DNA of 64,000 nt from a virus (lineage: Duplodnaviria > Caudoviricetes): IMG/VR virus record IMGVR_UViG_3300033070_001583, positions 11,154-75,153 of that record; one strand, written 5' to 3'. Below are positions 63,856-64,000 of the stretch, piece after piece. Under the pieces are notes generated by a model that was not told the origin of the DNA, made no database searches, and worked only from the letters and a program-made list of their open reading frames with translations. Both the position numbers and the translations under genes were made by a program. The stretch's first letter is position 1. Every line of letters starts with the position of its first letter.

Positions 63856-64000
63856 TCACTCAACATACCCGGTCTTGAGGGCAGCGAGCTCGAAGAGCTG
63901 AGAACCAGCGTAGGTGAGTGCAAGCTTCCGAGCACGATCAAGGTGAATACCCGTGAGCTTGCGCCCGGAGAGGAGCCACTTCCCGTAGTAGGCCACCCGG
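63856..64000 (-). CDS. Partial early protein (N-terminus outside window), possible third CxCGCKTL-family member
   Basis: Translated by hand: ...RVAYYGKWLLSGRKLTGIHLDRARKLALTYAGSQLFELAALKTGYVE*. Shares V.YY, A.KLA and a terminal GY with the two paralogues. Confidence 0.6.
   Translation of the reverse strand, partial: RVAYYGKWLLSGRKLTGIHLDRARKLALTYAGSQLFELAALKTGYVE

Noticed and set aside
1-64000. Eukaryotic giant virus (NCLDV) or cellular chromosome origin
   Set aside because: gp25/gp6 baseplate genes, a gp55-like sigma, sigma70-type promoters and ATGA-coupled operons indicate a tailed bacteriophage; no ribosomal or core cellular genes.
1-64000. Stop-codon reassignment (common in some jumbo phages)
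   Set aside because: Long, well-tiled ORFs under the standard code, with TAA, TAG and TGA all ending genes at tight junctions.
1-64000. tRNA or rRNA genes
   Set aside because: No cloverleaf or T-loop (GTTCGA) context recognised in the few intergenic gaps; tRNAscan-SE would be decisive.

Overview
This window is a 64-kb segment of a large tailed dsDNA phage with a contractile, T4-like baseplate. It is probably a jumbo or large myovirus; the host cannot be fixed from the sequence, but the early genes point to a high-GC bacterium. Left to right: (i) 1-12.6 kb, mostly minus strand: large hypothetical virion genes, PIN-PhoH, ClpP, a sigma-region-4 HTH, an AT-hook protein and a truncated GroEL-like gene. 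(ii) 12.5-28.4 kb: a glycan-synthesis island with about 9 glycosyltransferase-like genes, 2 SAM methyltransferases, a radical SAM enzyme and UDP-galactopyranose mutase, interrupted by a Cys-His peptidase and a Cas4-like PD-(D/E)XK nuclease. (iii) 28.7-47.1 kb: a gp55-like late sigma factor, then the baseplate and tail module (gp5-like hub, gp25, gp6, LamG protein, collagen fibre). (iv) 47.1-52 kb: small genes, an MT-A70 adenine methylase and a Gly-rich fibre, ending at a 23-bp perfect inverted repeat. (v) 51.95-59.4 kb: a tandem array of 10 highly diverged paralogues of an unrecognised family. Nine start with a (H/Y/F/I)-(T/S)-(L/I)-x-x-L-(I/L/V)-x-(E/D) peptide resembling a capsid-targeting or prohead-protease signal. 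(vi) 59.4-64 kb: a GC-rich early region. It holds an ori/terminus-like repeat with a G-tract, 9 copies of a GTGCAA-N17-TA(T/G)ANN promoter (mostly leaderless), small gene cassettes and a highly structured ~290-nt intergenic element. No tRNA, rRNA, CRISPR array, integrase or reverse transcriptase was seen. All protein calls come from motif recognition by eye; no database search was run.
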